DNA of 64,000 nucleotides from an uncultured Spirochaetales bacterium (GCA_964442285.1 CAYTZH010000022.1:6120-70119); one strand, 5' to 3'. Shown: positions 47,921 through 57,233, numbered from the stretch's first letter. The notes: generated from the sequence alone by a model not told the origin. Numbers and translations are program-made.

Positions 47921-49129
47921 CTACCGGTGCCTCTCGAGCTCCAGCCGCGCGACCATCCCGCGGTGCACCTCGTCGGGACCGTCCGCGAGGCGCAGCGCCC
48001 GCGCCATCCCCATCAGGTAGACGAGCTCGGGGTCGGCCACGCCCTCTCCGCCGTGGATCTGGATCGCGGCGTCCACCACGCGCTGGAGGACGTTCGGCGC
48101 CACGACCTTGATGGCCGAGATGTCCGTCAGGGCGCCGAAGGTGCCGACGGTATCCAGGGCCCAGGCGGCCTTCAGGGTGAGCAGGCGGGCCTGATCGATG
48201 GCCATGCGGCTGTCGGCGATCACGTCCCGGTTGCCGCCCAGGTTGGCGAGGGGCTTGCCGAAGGCGACCCGTCCGAGGGCGCGCTGACACAGGCGTTCCA
48301 GGGCGCGCTCCGCGGCGCCGATCGCGCGCATGCAGTGGTGGATCCGGCCCGGGCCGAGCCGGCCCTGGGCGATCTCGAAGCCGCGCCCGGGGCCGGCGAC
48401 GAAGTTGGCGACCGGCACGCGGACGTCCTCGAACAGGATCTCGCCGTGGCCGTGGGGCTCGCCCAGGTGGCCGAAGACCGGAACCATGCGCAGGATCTTC
48501 ACCCCGGGCGTGTCGACGGGCACGATCACCATGGAGTGGCGCTGGTGGCGCGCCGCATCCGGGTCGGTGACGCCCATGAAGATGAAGAAGCGGCAGCGCG
48601 GGTCGCCCGCGCCGCTGGTCCACCACTTGGTGCCGTGGATCACGATCTCGTCGCCCCGGACCTGGCAGGTGGCCTCCATGTTGGTGGCGTCGCTCGAGGC
48701 CACGCCCGGCTCGGTCATCGCGAAGGCCGAGCGGATCTCGCCGGCGAGCAGGGGCTCGAGCCACTGCTGCTTCTGCTCCGCCGAGCCGTACTTCACCAGC
48801 ACCTCGGCGTTGCCCGTGTCGGGGGCGCTGCAGTTGAAGACCTCCGGCGCCAGGAAGCTCTTGCCGGTGATCTCGGCGATGGGCGCGTAGTCGCGGTTGT
48901 CGAGGCCGGCGCCGTACTCCTCGTCGGGCAGGAAGAGGTTCCAGAGTCCGAGCCCGCGCGCCTCGGCCTTCAGCTCCTCGAGGACGGGCGGGATGCGCCA
49001 CTGGCGCCAGTCGTCGCTGTGGACGAGCTGCTCGTGGTAGGTCGCCTCGTTCGGCACGACGCGCTCTCGCACGAAGCGCTCGACCTGCGCCATCACGAGC
49101 CGGGCCCGTTCGGAGTGCTCGAAGTCCAT
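47921..49129 (-). CDS. Acyl-CoA dehydrogenase (ACAD10/11-like)
   Basis: 402 aa; [25 protein letters not shown] and C-terminal IHGGEG motifs. Confidence 0.85.
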   Translation of the reverse strand: MDFEHSERARLVMAQVERFVRERVVPNEATYHEQLVHSDDWRQWRIPPVLEELKAEARGLGLWNLFLPDEEYGAGLDNRDYAPIAEITGKSFLAPEVFNCSAPDTGNAEVLVKYGSAEQKQQWLEPLLAGEIRSAFAMTEPGVASSDATNMEATCQVRGDEIVIHGTKWWTSGAGDPRCRFFIFMGVTDPDAARHQRHSMVIVPVDTPGVKILRMVPVFGHLGEPHGHGEILFEDVRVPVANFVAGPGRGFEIAQGRLGPGRIHHCMRAIGAAERALERLCQRALGRVAFGKPLANLGGNRDVIADSRMAIDQARLLTLKAAWALDTVGTFGALTDISAIKVVAPNVLQRVVDAAIQIHGGEGVADPELVYLMGMARALRLADGPDEVHRGMVARLELERHR

Positions 49130-49174
49130 GGGATTCGCTCCTTGGCGGCGCCTCGGGGAGGCGGTGGGCGGGAC

Positions 49175-49990
49175 TCACTGGCCCCGGGGCAGAAGCTGAT
49201 CCAGGTCCTCGCGGGGGATCATGCGGCGGGTCTGGCTCACGGGCCCGCGCACCGACAGCGGTCCATCGGGCACGAGCGACCCGAGCGTGGTGGCGCGCTC
49301 CTCCACCACCTCCACGTGGTCCCGGGGCGCGCCCCAGGTGAACCAAATCTGGGTGACCTCGCGGCTCCAGCTTCCGCCCACCATGGCCGTCGTGCTGCCG
49401 TGACGCCGGATGCGAACCGCGTTGACGCGATACGCGAGCGGGAGCCAGGCCTGGCGCCGTTGGGTGACGGGTCCCGCGCCGCGGATGCGGTCCTGGACGA
49501 CGCCCCCGAGCACGCCGATGGCGCTCGTGTCGGCGCCGGACTCGGAGTTGATCTCGCGTCGCTCGTAGACCGTGCGGCGGATGCCGGGACGCTTGGGGTC
49601 CTGGGGCTGACCGGGTCGCGGGCTCGGCTCCTCCGGGTCGGGCCGGCGGGGCGGGGTGCCCCCGGACTGCCCGTTCAGGGCGAAGATCGTGGCGCTGCCG
49701 GGGCTGACGAGGCCGAACTCGGGGTCTCCCGCGCGCATCCCCAGATTTCGGCGCTGGAACTCCTCGATGTGGAGGATGGTGCTGTGGTCGCAGCGCCCGG
49801 TCTCGCGCAGGGGAATCGTGGAGTCGAGCAGGTAGGGATTGGACGTGCGCACCTGGGTCCCCGAGGCCAGCAGCAGCCGCTGGACGACGCGCACGTCCGC
49901 CTGCCGGTTCTCGCCCCCGTCGCCGACGGATTCGCGGATCTCCTCCAAGCCGCGCTGCTCCTCTCGGGCCCGTGGCCGCGCACCCCGCAC
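49175..49990 (-). CDS. Hypothetical protein: PG-binding-like N-domain, Pro-rich linker, unknown C-domain
   Basis: VRVVQRLLLASG...TGRCDHSTILHIEEFQRRNLG...GLVSPGSATIFAL resembles the PG_binding_1 pattern. No signal peptide. GTG 49990 lies 1 nt after the upstream stop. Confidence 0.5.
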   Translation of the reverse strand: MRGARPRAREEQRGLEEIRESVGDGGENRQADVRVVQRLLLASGTQVRTSNPYLLDSTIPLRETGRCDHSTILHIEEFQRRNLGMRAGDPEFGLVSPGSATIFALNGQSGGTPPRRPDPEEPSPRPGQPQDPKRPGIRRTVYERREINSESGADTSAIGVLGGVVQDRIRGAGPVTQRRQAWLPLAYRVNAVRIRRHGSTTAMVGGSWSREVTQIWFTWGAPRDHVEVVEERATTLGSLVPDGPLSVRGPVSQTRRMIPREDLDQLLPRGQ

Positions 49991-49991
49991 C

Positions 49992-50927
49992 CTAGCGGAT
50001 TCGGCCCGTGCGCAGCCCGGACCGGCTCTCCTCCAGGAAGGCCTCGATCTCGTCGGCCAGCCGATCCGGAGCGTCCACGTGGACGTCGTGGCTGGCCTCC
50101 TCGACCAGCGCGAAGCGCGTGAGCCGCGCGTTGCGCAGGCGCGGGGTGAGCCGCCGGGCGGCGGCGACCGGAATCGACGCGTCCCGCCCGCCGTGGACCT
50201 GCAGGACCGGCGCCTCGATTTCCTCGTAGGTGCCCAGCACGAGCGGTATGCCGTCGATCGTGTACTGGCGTCGGATGAAGGTGAGCAGCGCGTTGCGGGT
50301 TCCGCGGATCCGATACGCCTCCTCGAGCCGCGCCCGATGCGCCGCGGAGAAGACGGTCGAGAACAGGTCGGTGCGACCCATCGCGACCTCGCCGAGCCCC
50401 GGCAGGAAGGGCACGAGCTGGGCCGGGTCCATGGCCATGCCGTGGCCGATGAAGACCGCGGCCTCCACCCGTTCGGGATGTCGCGCCGCGACCAGCGCGG
50501 CCACGGCGCCGCCGGCCGAGTGGCCCACGATCGTGGCGCGCTCGATGCCCAGGGCGTCCATGACGTCGATGGCCTGGCGGGTCCACAAGCGGAGCCCGTA
50601 GCGGAAGCGGTGGCTGCGATCGCTGAGACCCACGCCGTAGTCGTCGAACGCCACGACGCGATGCCGCCGGGCGAGGCGCTCGGCCAGGCCCTCCTGCCAG
50701 TCGGCGACGCTGCGTCCCGTGCCGTGGGTGAGCAGCAGCACGTCGCCGCTTCCCACGTCCAGGAGGTGGACCCGCCCCGAGCGCGTCTCGAGAAACGAGG
50801 TGTGGGGGCCGGAGGGCGCCCGGGCGCCGGCGAGCGGCTCGAGCCGTGCGATGAGCGCGTTCCCGATCACGACGAGCAGGACCGGGATCGCGACCGCGCC
50901 CAGGGCGATCCAGAGGACGACGCGCAT
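49992..50927 (-). CDS. Alpha/beta hydrolase with N-terminal TM anchor
   Basis: HGTG oxyanion region and GHSAGG nucleophile elbow; 311 aa. Confidence 0.8.
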   Translation of the reverse strand: MRVVLWIALGAVAIPVLLVVIGNALIARLEPLAGARAPSGPHTSFLETRSGRVHLLDVGSGDVLLLTHGTGRSVADWQEGLAERLARRHRVVAFDDYGVGLSDRSHRFRYGLRLWTRQAIDVMDALGIERATIVGHSAGGAVAALVAARHPERVEAAVFIGHGMAMDPAQLVPFLPGLGEVAMGRTDLFSTVFSAAHRARLEEAYRIRGTRNALLTFIRRQYTIDGIPLVLGTYEEIEAPVLQVHGGRDASIPVAAARRLTPRLRNARLTRFALVEEASHDVHVDAPDRLADEIEAFLEESRSGLRTGRIR

Positions 50928-51098
50928 TTGGCTTCTCGCGATGGAGTATGGCCTCCGGCGCGGTGCCCGGCCACGCTCCGCGCCGGTGTGGGGCCGAGGA
51001 GGGCTTCGATCGCGCCGCAGGCGGGCCAGTGGCGAAGCTCACAGGGCGTGGCGGAGAATTCGGCGATGCTTCCCTCCAACACGGAGGTGAGCCAGCCC

Positions 51099-51395
51099 AT
51101 GCCCCAGTCCCGGGACCCGCGCCAGCAGTCCGCCATCTTCAAGCGGCACCAGCGTCACCAGCAGCGGCTGCGGGCGCTCCGCCAGTGCATGAGCCAGGGC
51201 AAGACGCTCTTCGGCCTCGACGTCTGGCACAAGGGCCACGAGAAGCCCTCCCTGATCCGCTTCGCCGACTGCGGACCCAAGGGGCACCCGCCGGCGGTGG
51301 TCTGCGTGCGCACCAGCCGCGAGGCCAACCTGGCGCTGCCGCCCGAGGCCCTCGGACGCTTCGTCGAGGTCTATCAGGGCCCCGCCGCGGGCTAG
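51099..51395 (+). CDS. Hypothetical small basic protein
   Basis: 98 aa. GGAGG lies 11 nt upstream of ATG 51099. I recognise no family. Confidence 0.4.
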   Translation: MPQSRDPRQQSAIFKRHQRHQQRLRALRQCMSQGKTLFGLDVWHKGHEKPSLIRFADCGPKGHPPAVVCVRTSREANLALPPEALGRFVEVYQGPAAG

Positions 51396-51413
51396 CGAGG
51401 GGAGTCGAGCCGC

Positions 51414-51445
51414 TTGACTCATGGTAATGAGTCAAATAGACTCAT
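51414..51445 (+). promoter_or_regulatory. vapBC promoter overlapping an operator palindrome
   Basis: TTGACT (51414-51419), 17 nt, TAGACT (51437-51442). Perfect IR TTGACTCAT-ggta-ATGAGTCAA (51414-51435) plus a third half-site GACTCAT (51439-51445). Confidence 0.6.
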
Positions 51446-51448
51446 GGC

Positions 51449-51706
51449 GTGACCAAGCGGATGCAGGTGCTGCTCGAGGACGCCGAGTACCGGCGGTTGC
51501 AGCGGATCGCCCGGCGCCGGCGCATGACCCTCGCGGAGTGGGTGCGCCAGGCTCTGCGCGCGGCAGCGCGAGAGGAGCCCGAGGGCGACGCGGGCAAGAA
51601 GCTCGCGGTGGTCCGCGAGGCGGCCACCCACGCCTACCCCAGCGGCGACGTCGAGCAGATGCTCGCCGAGATCGAGGCGGGCTACGGGAGCGACCTCGCC
51701 GAGTGA
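51449..51706 (+). CDS. vapB: Ribbon-helix-helix antitoxin (VapB-like)
   Basis: [35 protein letters not shown] pattern. Start is GTG 51449 or ATG 51461. Confidence 0.75.
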   Translation: MTKRMQVLLEDAEYRRLQRIARRRRMTLAEWVRQALRAAAREEPEGDAGKKLAVVREAATHAYPSGDVEQMLAEIEAGYGSDLAE

Positions 51707-51725
51707 TCCCCGAGGACGCCGCCCG

Positions 51726-52121
51726 GTGATCTTCGTGGACTCCAACGTTCCGATGTATCTCGTCGGGGCGCCTCACCCCCACAAGGCCGACGCGCAGCGG
51801 GCCCTGGAGGGCCTGATCTCCCAGGGCGAGCGACTCGTGACCGACGCCGAGGTGCTCCAGGAGATCCTGCATCGCTACGTCGCGATCGGTCGCCGGGACG
51901 CCGTCCAGCCGGCGTTCGATGCCGTGCTCGGGGTGGTCGACGACGTCCTCCCCATCACCCGGCAGGATGCCGAGCGCGCGAAGGCGATCCTGCTCGGGTC
52001 GCCCCGGCTCTCCGCCCGCGACGCGATCCACGTGGCCATCATGGAGCATCACGGGATCGCCCGGATCCTCTCCTTCGACACGGGCTTCGAGCGGGTTCCC
52101 GGCCTCACCCGCCTCGGCTGA
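51726..52121 (+). CDS. vapC: PIN-domain toxin VapC
   Basis: IFVDSNV (first acidic residue), [26 protein letters not shown]; 131 aa. Confidence 0.85.
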   Translation: MIFVDSNVPMYLVGAPHPHKADAQRALEGLISQGERLVTDAEVLQEILHRYVAIGRRDAVQPAFDAVLGVVDDVLPITRQDAERAKAILLGSPRLSARDAIHVAIMEHHGIARILSFDTGFERVPGLTRLG

Positions 52122-52169
52122 TCGCCCGGAACGAGCGGAGTAGCGGCCTCTGCGCCCTCCTCGTCCAGT

Positions 52170-53066
52170 ATGGGCATCATGCCGGGCGGGCGCCAAGTCG
52201 GCCGAGTGCTCCGCGGCGCCCGCGAAGGGGAGCGCCACGGCGGCGCAGACGAGCAGCGGGGAGGGCAGGCGGGGAGGGATCAGCGGCGCCACGAAGTCGT
52301 CTCGAGGTGTTCGTCCCTCCTCCCCCCGGCGCTCGGCGGGTCAACTGCAGCGTGGGAGATCCCGATCGGCGCAGACCGGGCGCAGGTGTTCGCGGCCACG
52401 GCGTTCGTCCCTGGCTTCTACAGCTACACGGCCGTGGCGGTCGCAGGACGGGCCCACGAGGTTCTCGTGGTGCCGGTGCACCTGCATCTCGAGCGCTCTC
52501 GGCCGGACCCGCAGCCGAGATCACGCGCGCCGGACCCGAGCCAGCGGCTGCCCGTGTTCGCGCTGGATCGGACGTCGGGTGGCGTGGCGCGCCTGACGCG
52601 GGGCCAGTTCCTCGAGCGCGAGACGCTCGCGGAAGACCTGCCGCAGGAGCTCGCGTCCCGGCATCCGGAGCTCGCGCTCGCCGGAAGCCGGTCGCAGTAC
52701 GCCGTCGCGCGACCGGAGGGCGATCGGGCGTACGTGGCCGCCGAGTCCTGGGAGAGCGAGGAGCGCTCGAGGCTCACCTTCGGCCTGCCGAGCCTGATCC
52801 CCTTCATGGGGCGCCAGGAGTTCTTCGAACGCCGGACGTTCCACAGCGGGACGCGCTTCCTCGAGGTCTTCGACTCGGCGCGTCCGCAGGTGCCGGTGAT
52901 CCGCTTCAGCCAGCGGTTCCGGAACCACACCACCGTCCCGCTCGCCAGCGAGTTCGCGGCCTGGGTGCAGGGCGCCGCCGAACCGGTGCTGGTGCTGGTG
53001 GATCCCGGGGAGCCGCGTCGAAGGGCGGCCCGCTTCTACGTGGTCGAGGTCCGTCCCCGGGAGTGA
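52170..53066 (+). CDS. Hypothetical protein (start uncertain)
   Basis: Strong third-position GC from about 52350 to TGA 53064-53066; the first ~60 codons look non-coding. Alternative start GTG 52386. No family recognised. Confidence 0.45.
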   Translation: MGIMPGGRQVGRVLRGAREGERHGGADEQRGGQAGRDQRRHEVVSRCSSLLPPALGGSTAAWEIPIGADRAQVFAATAFVPGFYSYTAVAVAGRAHEVLVVPVHLHLERSRPDPQPRSRAPDPSQRLPVFALDRTSGGVARLTRGQFLERETLAEDLPQELASRHPELALAGSRSQYAVARPEGDRAYVAAESWESEERSRLTFGLPSLIPFMGRQEFFERRTFHSGTRFLEVFDSARPQVPVIRFSQRFRNHTTVPLASEFAAWVQGAAEPVLVLVDPGEPRRRAARFYVVEVRPRE

Positions 53067-53185
53067 GCGGGGCGACGGGCCTTGGCACGCCCGCTGCACC
53101 GTCCAGGGCTGAGAGCCGTGCGCCTCCGCGGGCACCGGGGATGCCCCCCGTTCTGCCCTCCGGCCACAAGGCAGGGAGTCCGCTC

Positions 53186-53386
53186 ATGTTTCCGCTTCTC
53201 TGGCCCCTCGAGCAGCCCGTCCTGTGGGCGGTCCTCGCCGTGGCGTTCGTGATCCCCGTGTGGCGGATCTGCACACGGCTGGGACATCCGGGCTGGTTCT
53301 CGATCGCGGTCGTGATCCCGTTCCTGAACCTGCTCTTCCTGTACTTCCTGGCCTTCACCGACTGGCCGCGGGACATCCCCGACTAG
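53186..53386 (+). CDS. Small membrane protein (DUF805-like C-terminal pattern)
   Basis: 66 aa with two TM segments; RLGHPGWFSIAVVIPFLNLLFLYFLAF. Confidence 0.5.
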   Translation: MFPLLWPLEQPVLWAVLAVAFVIPVWRICTRLGHPGWFSIAVVIPFLNLLFLYFLAFTDWPRDIPD

Positions 53387-53590
53387 GGCGCAGCGGCCAC
53401 GCGCAGGGGCAGCGAGCCGGCGTGGTCGCGGATCTCGCCGCCGCGCTCCAGGCGGACGGCGGGGTCCTGTCCCTCGCGGGTGTGGAGGGTGACCACCTCG
53501 CCCACGAGCGGGGTCGCGATGATGCCGGCCACGAGGACGAAGAGCAGGACCGGGGCGCCGAGCCCGATCAGGATCTGCTTCGCGGAGACC

Positions 53591-54778
53591 TCAGTCCCAC
53601 CAGAGCACGATCTGGCGGCGGGCCTTCAGGTCGCGGGCAAGGATCTCGAGGCCGAAGCCCTCCTTGGTGAAGTCGATCCCCTCGATCAGGGGCTGCAGGT
53701 GGGGCGGGACCTCCCGCCCGGTCTCCTCGTACATCTCCACCATCTCGTCCATGCAGCCGAAGCCCTGCTCCACCACGTCGGGGCAGAACGCGTGGATCTC
53801 CTGCGCCAGCCCGGACAGGTCCTCGGGGAGGGTTCGGAAGGCCACGGTCAGGCGGCTCTCGCTCACGTCCGAGATCTCGATGCCGAAGCGCGCGTCCCAG
53901 TCCTTCAAGACGGCGACGACCCCGTCGGTCGTGAGGCCGCAGTGGATGCCGTTCGTATGGTGGGCGTACAGCGCCGCGAAGCGGGGGTCGCGATCCAGGG
54001 GTGTCTCCTCTCGGGAAGCGGCGGAGCCGCCTCGTTCGCGCAGCCAGTCCGCCACGGCATCGTGGCCGGCCTCTCGGGCCAGGAGCTCCGCGGTGCAGGC
54101 CGGATCGCCGTAGGCAAAGCGGTCGGGCCGCGCGCCGGCGTGTACCAGCCGCTGCACCATCTCCAGGTGCCCGGCCGTGGCGGCGCGGATGAGCGGGGGC
54201 TCGGCCTGCTCGTCCGCGTCGGTGCCCTCCGGGTCGGCTCCGTGGGCGAGCAGGAGCGCCGCCATCTCGTGGTCGTCGTTGCGCACGGCGATGGCGAGGG
54301 GACCGATGATCCGCGCGTTCGGATCGAGGCCCGCGGCGAGGGCCCGCTCCACGGCGGTCGTGTTGCCCCGGTCCACGTCGACCTCGAAAGCGAGCAGGGG
54401 CTCGTCGCCGCGATCGGCGCCGGCGGCGGCCAGCAGATCCTGGATGGCCTCCATCCGCTCGCGCACCACCCGGTCGGCGATGCGGGAGACGCAGGCGCCC
54501 CACGGCGTCCAGCCGTTGGCGTCGCGGCGCGACGGATCGGCTCCGAGCTCGAGCAGGAGTGCCACGGCCCGGGGAGCGCCCCTTCCCCCGAGGATCGCGG
54601 CGGTGAGCGGCGTCTCGCCGTCCTCGGAGGTCCCGTCGAGGTGGGCGCCGTCCGCATGCGCCCGGCGGATGCCCTCCAGGTGCGCCTCGGCACCGGGCCG
54701 GTCGCACCAGGCGACGGCGAAGAAGAGCGCCTCGTCAGGGGTATCGAACGCGAGCGCGGGGGCATCGGTTTCCGACAT
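53591..54778 (-). CDS. Ankyrin-repeat protein with DUF4253-like C-terminal domain
   Basis: Several ANK repeats (GETPLTAAI...LLLELGADP; LLLAHGADP; GHLEMVQRLVHAGARP). The C-terminal domain ending IVLWWD resembles DUF4253 (from memory). Confidence 0.65.
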   Translation of the reverse strand: MSETDAPALAFDTPDEALFFAVAWCDRPGAEAHLEGIRRAHADGAHLDGTSEDGETPLTAAILGGRGAPRAVALLLELGADPSRRDANGWTPWGACVSRIADRVVRERMEAIQDLLAAAGADRGDEPLLAFEVDVDRGNTTAVERALAAGLDPNARIIGPLAIAVRNDDHEMAALLLAHGADPEGTDADEQAEPPLIRAATAGHLEMVQRLVHAGARPDRFAYGDPACTAELLAREAGHDAVADWLRERGGSAASREETPLDRDPRFAALYAHHTNGIHCGLTTDGVVAVLKDWDARFGIEISDVSESRLTVAFRTLPEDLSGLAQEIHAFCPDVVEQGFGCMDEMVEMYEETGREVPPHLQPLIEGIDFTKEGFGLEILARDLKARRQIVLWWD

Positions 54779-54820
54779 GCCTCCCGTGTCGTCGTCCCGG
54801 ACGATCGGCTGAAGGCCGTG

Positions 54821-56194
54821 TCAGGCGGCCTCGGCCCCGGGCGGCCGGCCCTGCTCCAGGCGGTACCAGTCGACCCGTCGGGTCACCCACATCGCCAGGC
54901 CGAGCCCGCCGAACAGGCCGAGAGAGCCCAGGAGCAGGGCGTAGTCCTGCTCCTGGAGGAGCACGTAGAGGAACGCGTAGAGCGCGGACACCAGGCCACC
55001 CAGAGCGGCCGCGCGGCGCCCCGCGCCGAGGATGGCGCGACCGTAGAGCGTGACCATGCTGGCGATGGCGACGCCGGCCAGCCCGTAGGCGACCGGAAAG
55101 CCCAGGTGCTCGGCGAGCGAGAGCTGGAGCAGGTAGAACAGACACAGCGCGCCGCCCACGAACAGGTACTGGATCGGGTGGACGCGCAGTCCGACCAGCA
55201 CCTCGAAGAGCCAGATCACCAGGAAGGGCAGGCCCAGGAACAGCACCTCGTACTTCACGCTCCGCTCCGCCATCCGGTAGGGATCGACCGGCGCGAGGAA
55301 GTCCACCCCGACGACCGCGGAGCGGAGCGCCGCGGCCGTCACCTCGACGTCCCGCCACTGCTGGGGGTAGCCGCGGGCGAGATGGGAGACCTCCCAGCGC
55401 GCCTCGAAGCCCTCGGCGTCGATGCGGCGCTCGCTCGGCAGCCAGCGACCCTGGAAGCTCGGGTGGGGCCAGTTGGAGGCGAGCGAGACGGTGCTGGTTT
55501 CGCCCACGGGCGTGAAGGCGAGCGCGCGGGCGCCGTTCAGGCGCACCTCCACACGGAACGTCCCGCCGGCCCGCACCCGCTCGGCCGGCAGGCGCGCGCG
55601 CAGGCTCGGCGGGCCGTCGGCGAGGGAGGCACCGCCGGGCTCGAAGTCGAGCGGGGTGTCCAGCCAGGTGAGCTTCGGCTGGCTTCGCAACGCGCCGGGA
55701 TCCTGGATGGCGAGCAGCAGCTCCGCCTTCTCCCAGAGCACCGCGTCGGGCTCGACGTCCCACTCCCGGAAGTCCGGCGCGCGGAAGCGTCCCTCGAGCG
55801 CCAGGTCGGCCCGGTAGAGCGGGACCTCGAAGATGCCGCGGTAGCGGGTCTCGGCGTGGGCGTCCGCGCGGAGGGCGAGCGACTCCGGCAGGAAGTAGGC
55901 GTGGCGGATCACGCTGTCCTCGAAGCGGGCACCCCGCTCGGTGCGGGTGACCCGTAGCTCGCGCCAGGGCACCCGCAGCACCGGGCCGAGCAGGCGCTGC
56001 TCGCCACCCCAGCGACGGGTCACGTCGGCGACGGCCTCGTCGCGGGTCGCGCGGCGCGCCCCGATCTGGCGGTCGATCAGCTCGATCGGGACCTGGAGCA
56101 CGAGCACGAGCAGGCCGACCACGAGCACCCGCAGGAGCTGCGAGCGCCCGAGGGCGGCGGTCACTGCGCTGAGGTCGGGGGGCGAAACGGCCAT
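54821..56194 (-). CDS. creD: Inner-membrane protein CreD
   Basis: Colinear with E. coli CreD, including SNWPHPSFQG and the C-terminal TM bundle (HPIQYLFVG, LSLAEHLGF). ATG 56194 follows GGAGG. Confidence 0.85.
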   Translation of the reverse strand: MAVSPPDLSAVTAALGRSQLLRVLVVGLLVLVLQVPIELIDRQIGARRATRDEAVADVTRRWGGEQRLLGPVLRVPWRELRVTRTERGARFEDSVIRHAYFLPESLALRADAHAETRYRGIFEVPLYRADLALEGRFRAPDFREWDVEPDAVLWEKAELLLAIQDPGALRSQPKLTWLDTPLDFEPGGASLADGPPSLRARLPAERVRAGGTFRVEVRLNGARALAFTPVGETSTVSLASNWPHPSFQGRWLPSERRIDAEGFEARWEVSHLARGYPQQWRDVEVTAAALRSAVVGVDFLAPVDPYRMAERSVKYEVLFLGLPFLVIWLFEVLVGLRVHPIQYLFVGGALCLFYLLQLSLAEHLGFPVAYGLAGVAIASMVTLYGRAILGAGRRAAALGGLVSALYAFLYVLLQEQDYALLLGSLGLFGGLGLAMWVTRRVDWYRLEQGRPPGAEAA

Positions 56195-56384
56195 GGGGCA
56201 CCTCCGTGAGCCGAGCGCGAGCGTAGACGCGGAATGCGGCAGCACGGGGTCGGCGGGAGACTTGTCGGAGGCGCGATGTGGCGGGCTCGAGGCAGCCAGG
56301 GTTCTACGAAGCCGGCCCACGGGCGGTCCCGAGCGGATCGTCCGATCGACCACCGCGCACCTTCGGGTGCCTGGGGAATCGGCC

Positions 56385-57187
56385 ATGGATTTCTGCGAAG
56401 CCCGGGAGCTGGCGGTGGCCCTCCGCCGGCAGCGCCTCCGGATCGTCTACTTCGCCCACCGCTACGCGGCCTGGCTCCTGGCCCGCGCGGCCGGGGAGGG
56501 CGTGCCGATGCGCGAGCTCAAGCGCTGGTGCCAGGGCTGGTACCAGACGACGCGACCGGGCTCGAACCTGATCGTGCTCCTCAACTTCTCGCTGAAGCAC
56601 AACGCGGTGTACCGGCGCTGCCTCGATCCGGGGCACGACCTCCCGATGGTCGTACGAGGTCACCCCCACGCGCGGCCGCCGGAGATCACCCTGGCCTGGA
56701 CCCGGGTGGACGTGGACCGCGATCGCGGCGAGGCGTTGATCGAGGAGGTCCAGACCGACTGGATCCGGGAGTTCGCCTCGCTGTGGTCGTGCACGGAACG
56801 GGTCGCTCGCGCGCCGCCCGGGATCGGCTGGTGCGGGAGGAATTCCGGAACCGGGCCGCCTCCTTCGAGGGGCTCGCGCGCTACTGGACGCGGGTGCTCG
56901 CGCTGCACCGGTCGTGGTGGGCCGACGCGACGCTGTTCGCCACGCTCTGGCTGCTGGTGGAGAAGCTCCGGATCCGGCGGGTCTACTACCACACGTTCGA
57001 GGGGGGCGAGCGGCGCAAGGGGCTCGCCTGGTCGCCGCCCCGCTCCCTCTACACCGGGCTGCCGGAGCGGTTCGGCTTCGAGTCGACGTGCGAGCCGCCC
57101 CGGTTCCTCGTGCCCGAGCAGCCGAGCGCCGAGGCGGCACGTCGGGCGGCCCGGGGCGAGCCTCCGTGGTACCGGCTCGCGTTCTGA
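56385..57187 (+). pseudogene. Frameshifted gene of unknown function (or sequencing error)
   Basis: Coding signal runs in frame 0 from ATG 56385 to about 56815, then in frame 2 to TGA 57185-57187. Total 803 nt (3n+2), consistent with a 1-nt loss near the CCCGGG run at 56817-56822. Confidence 0.6.
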
Positions 57188-57233
57188 AGGCGCGGGGGTC
57201 AGGCGCTGCGGGCGGCCGGCCGATCCGGGGGCC

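Noticed and set aside
52141-52292. Signal-peptide/lipobox-like peptide (VAPLIPPRLPSPLLVCAAVALPFAGAAEH) encoded on the minus strand, opposite the weak 5' end of the 52170-53066 gene. I considered an invertible segment that switches a signal peptide.
   Set aside because: I found no flanking inverted repeats, only a direct ccctcctc. The minus frame then runs antisense through vapC with no stop, and the evidence is only ~38 codons of third-position bias. This is too weak to claim.
56811-56825. Programmed -1 ribosomal frameshift as the explanation for the split gene
   Set aside because: There is no X XXY YYZ slippery heptamer in the zero frame and no obvious downstream pseudoknot or hairpin. A simple 1-nt indel (mutation or sequencing error) is more parsimonious.
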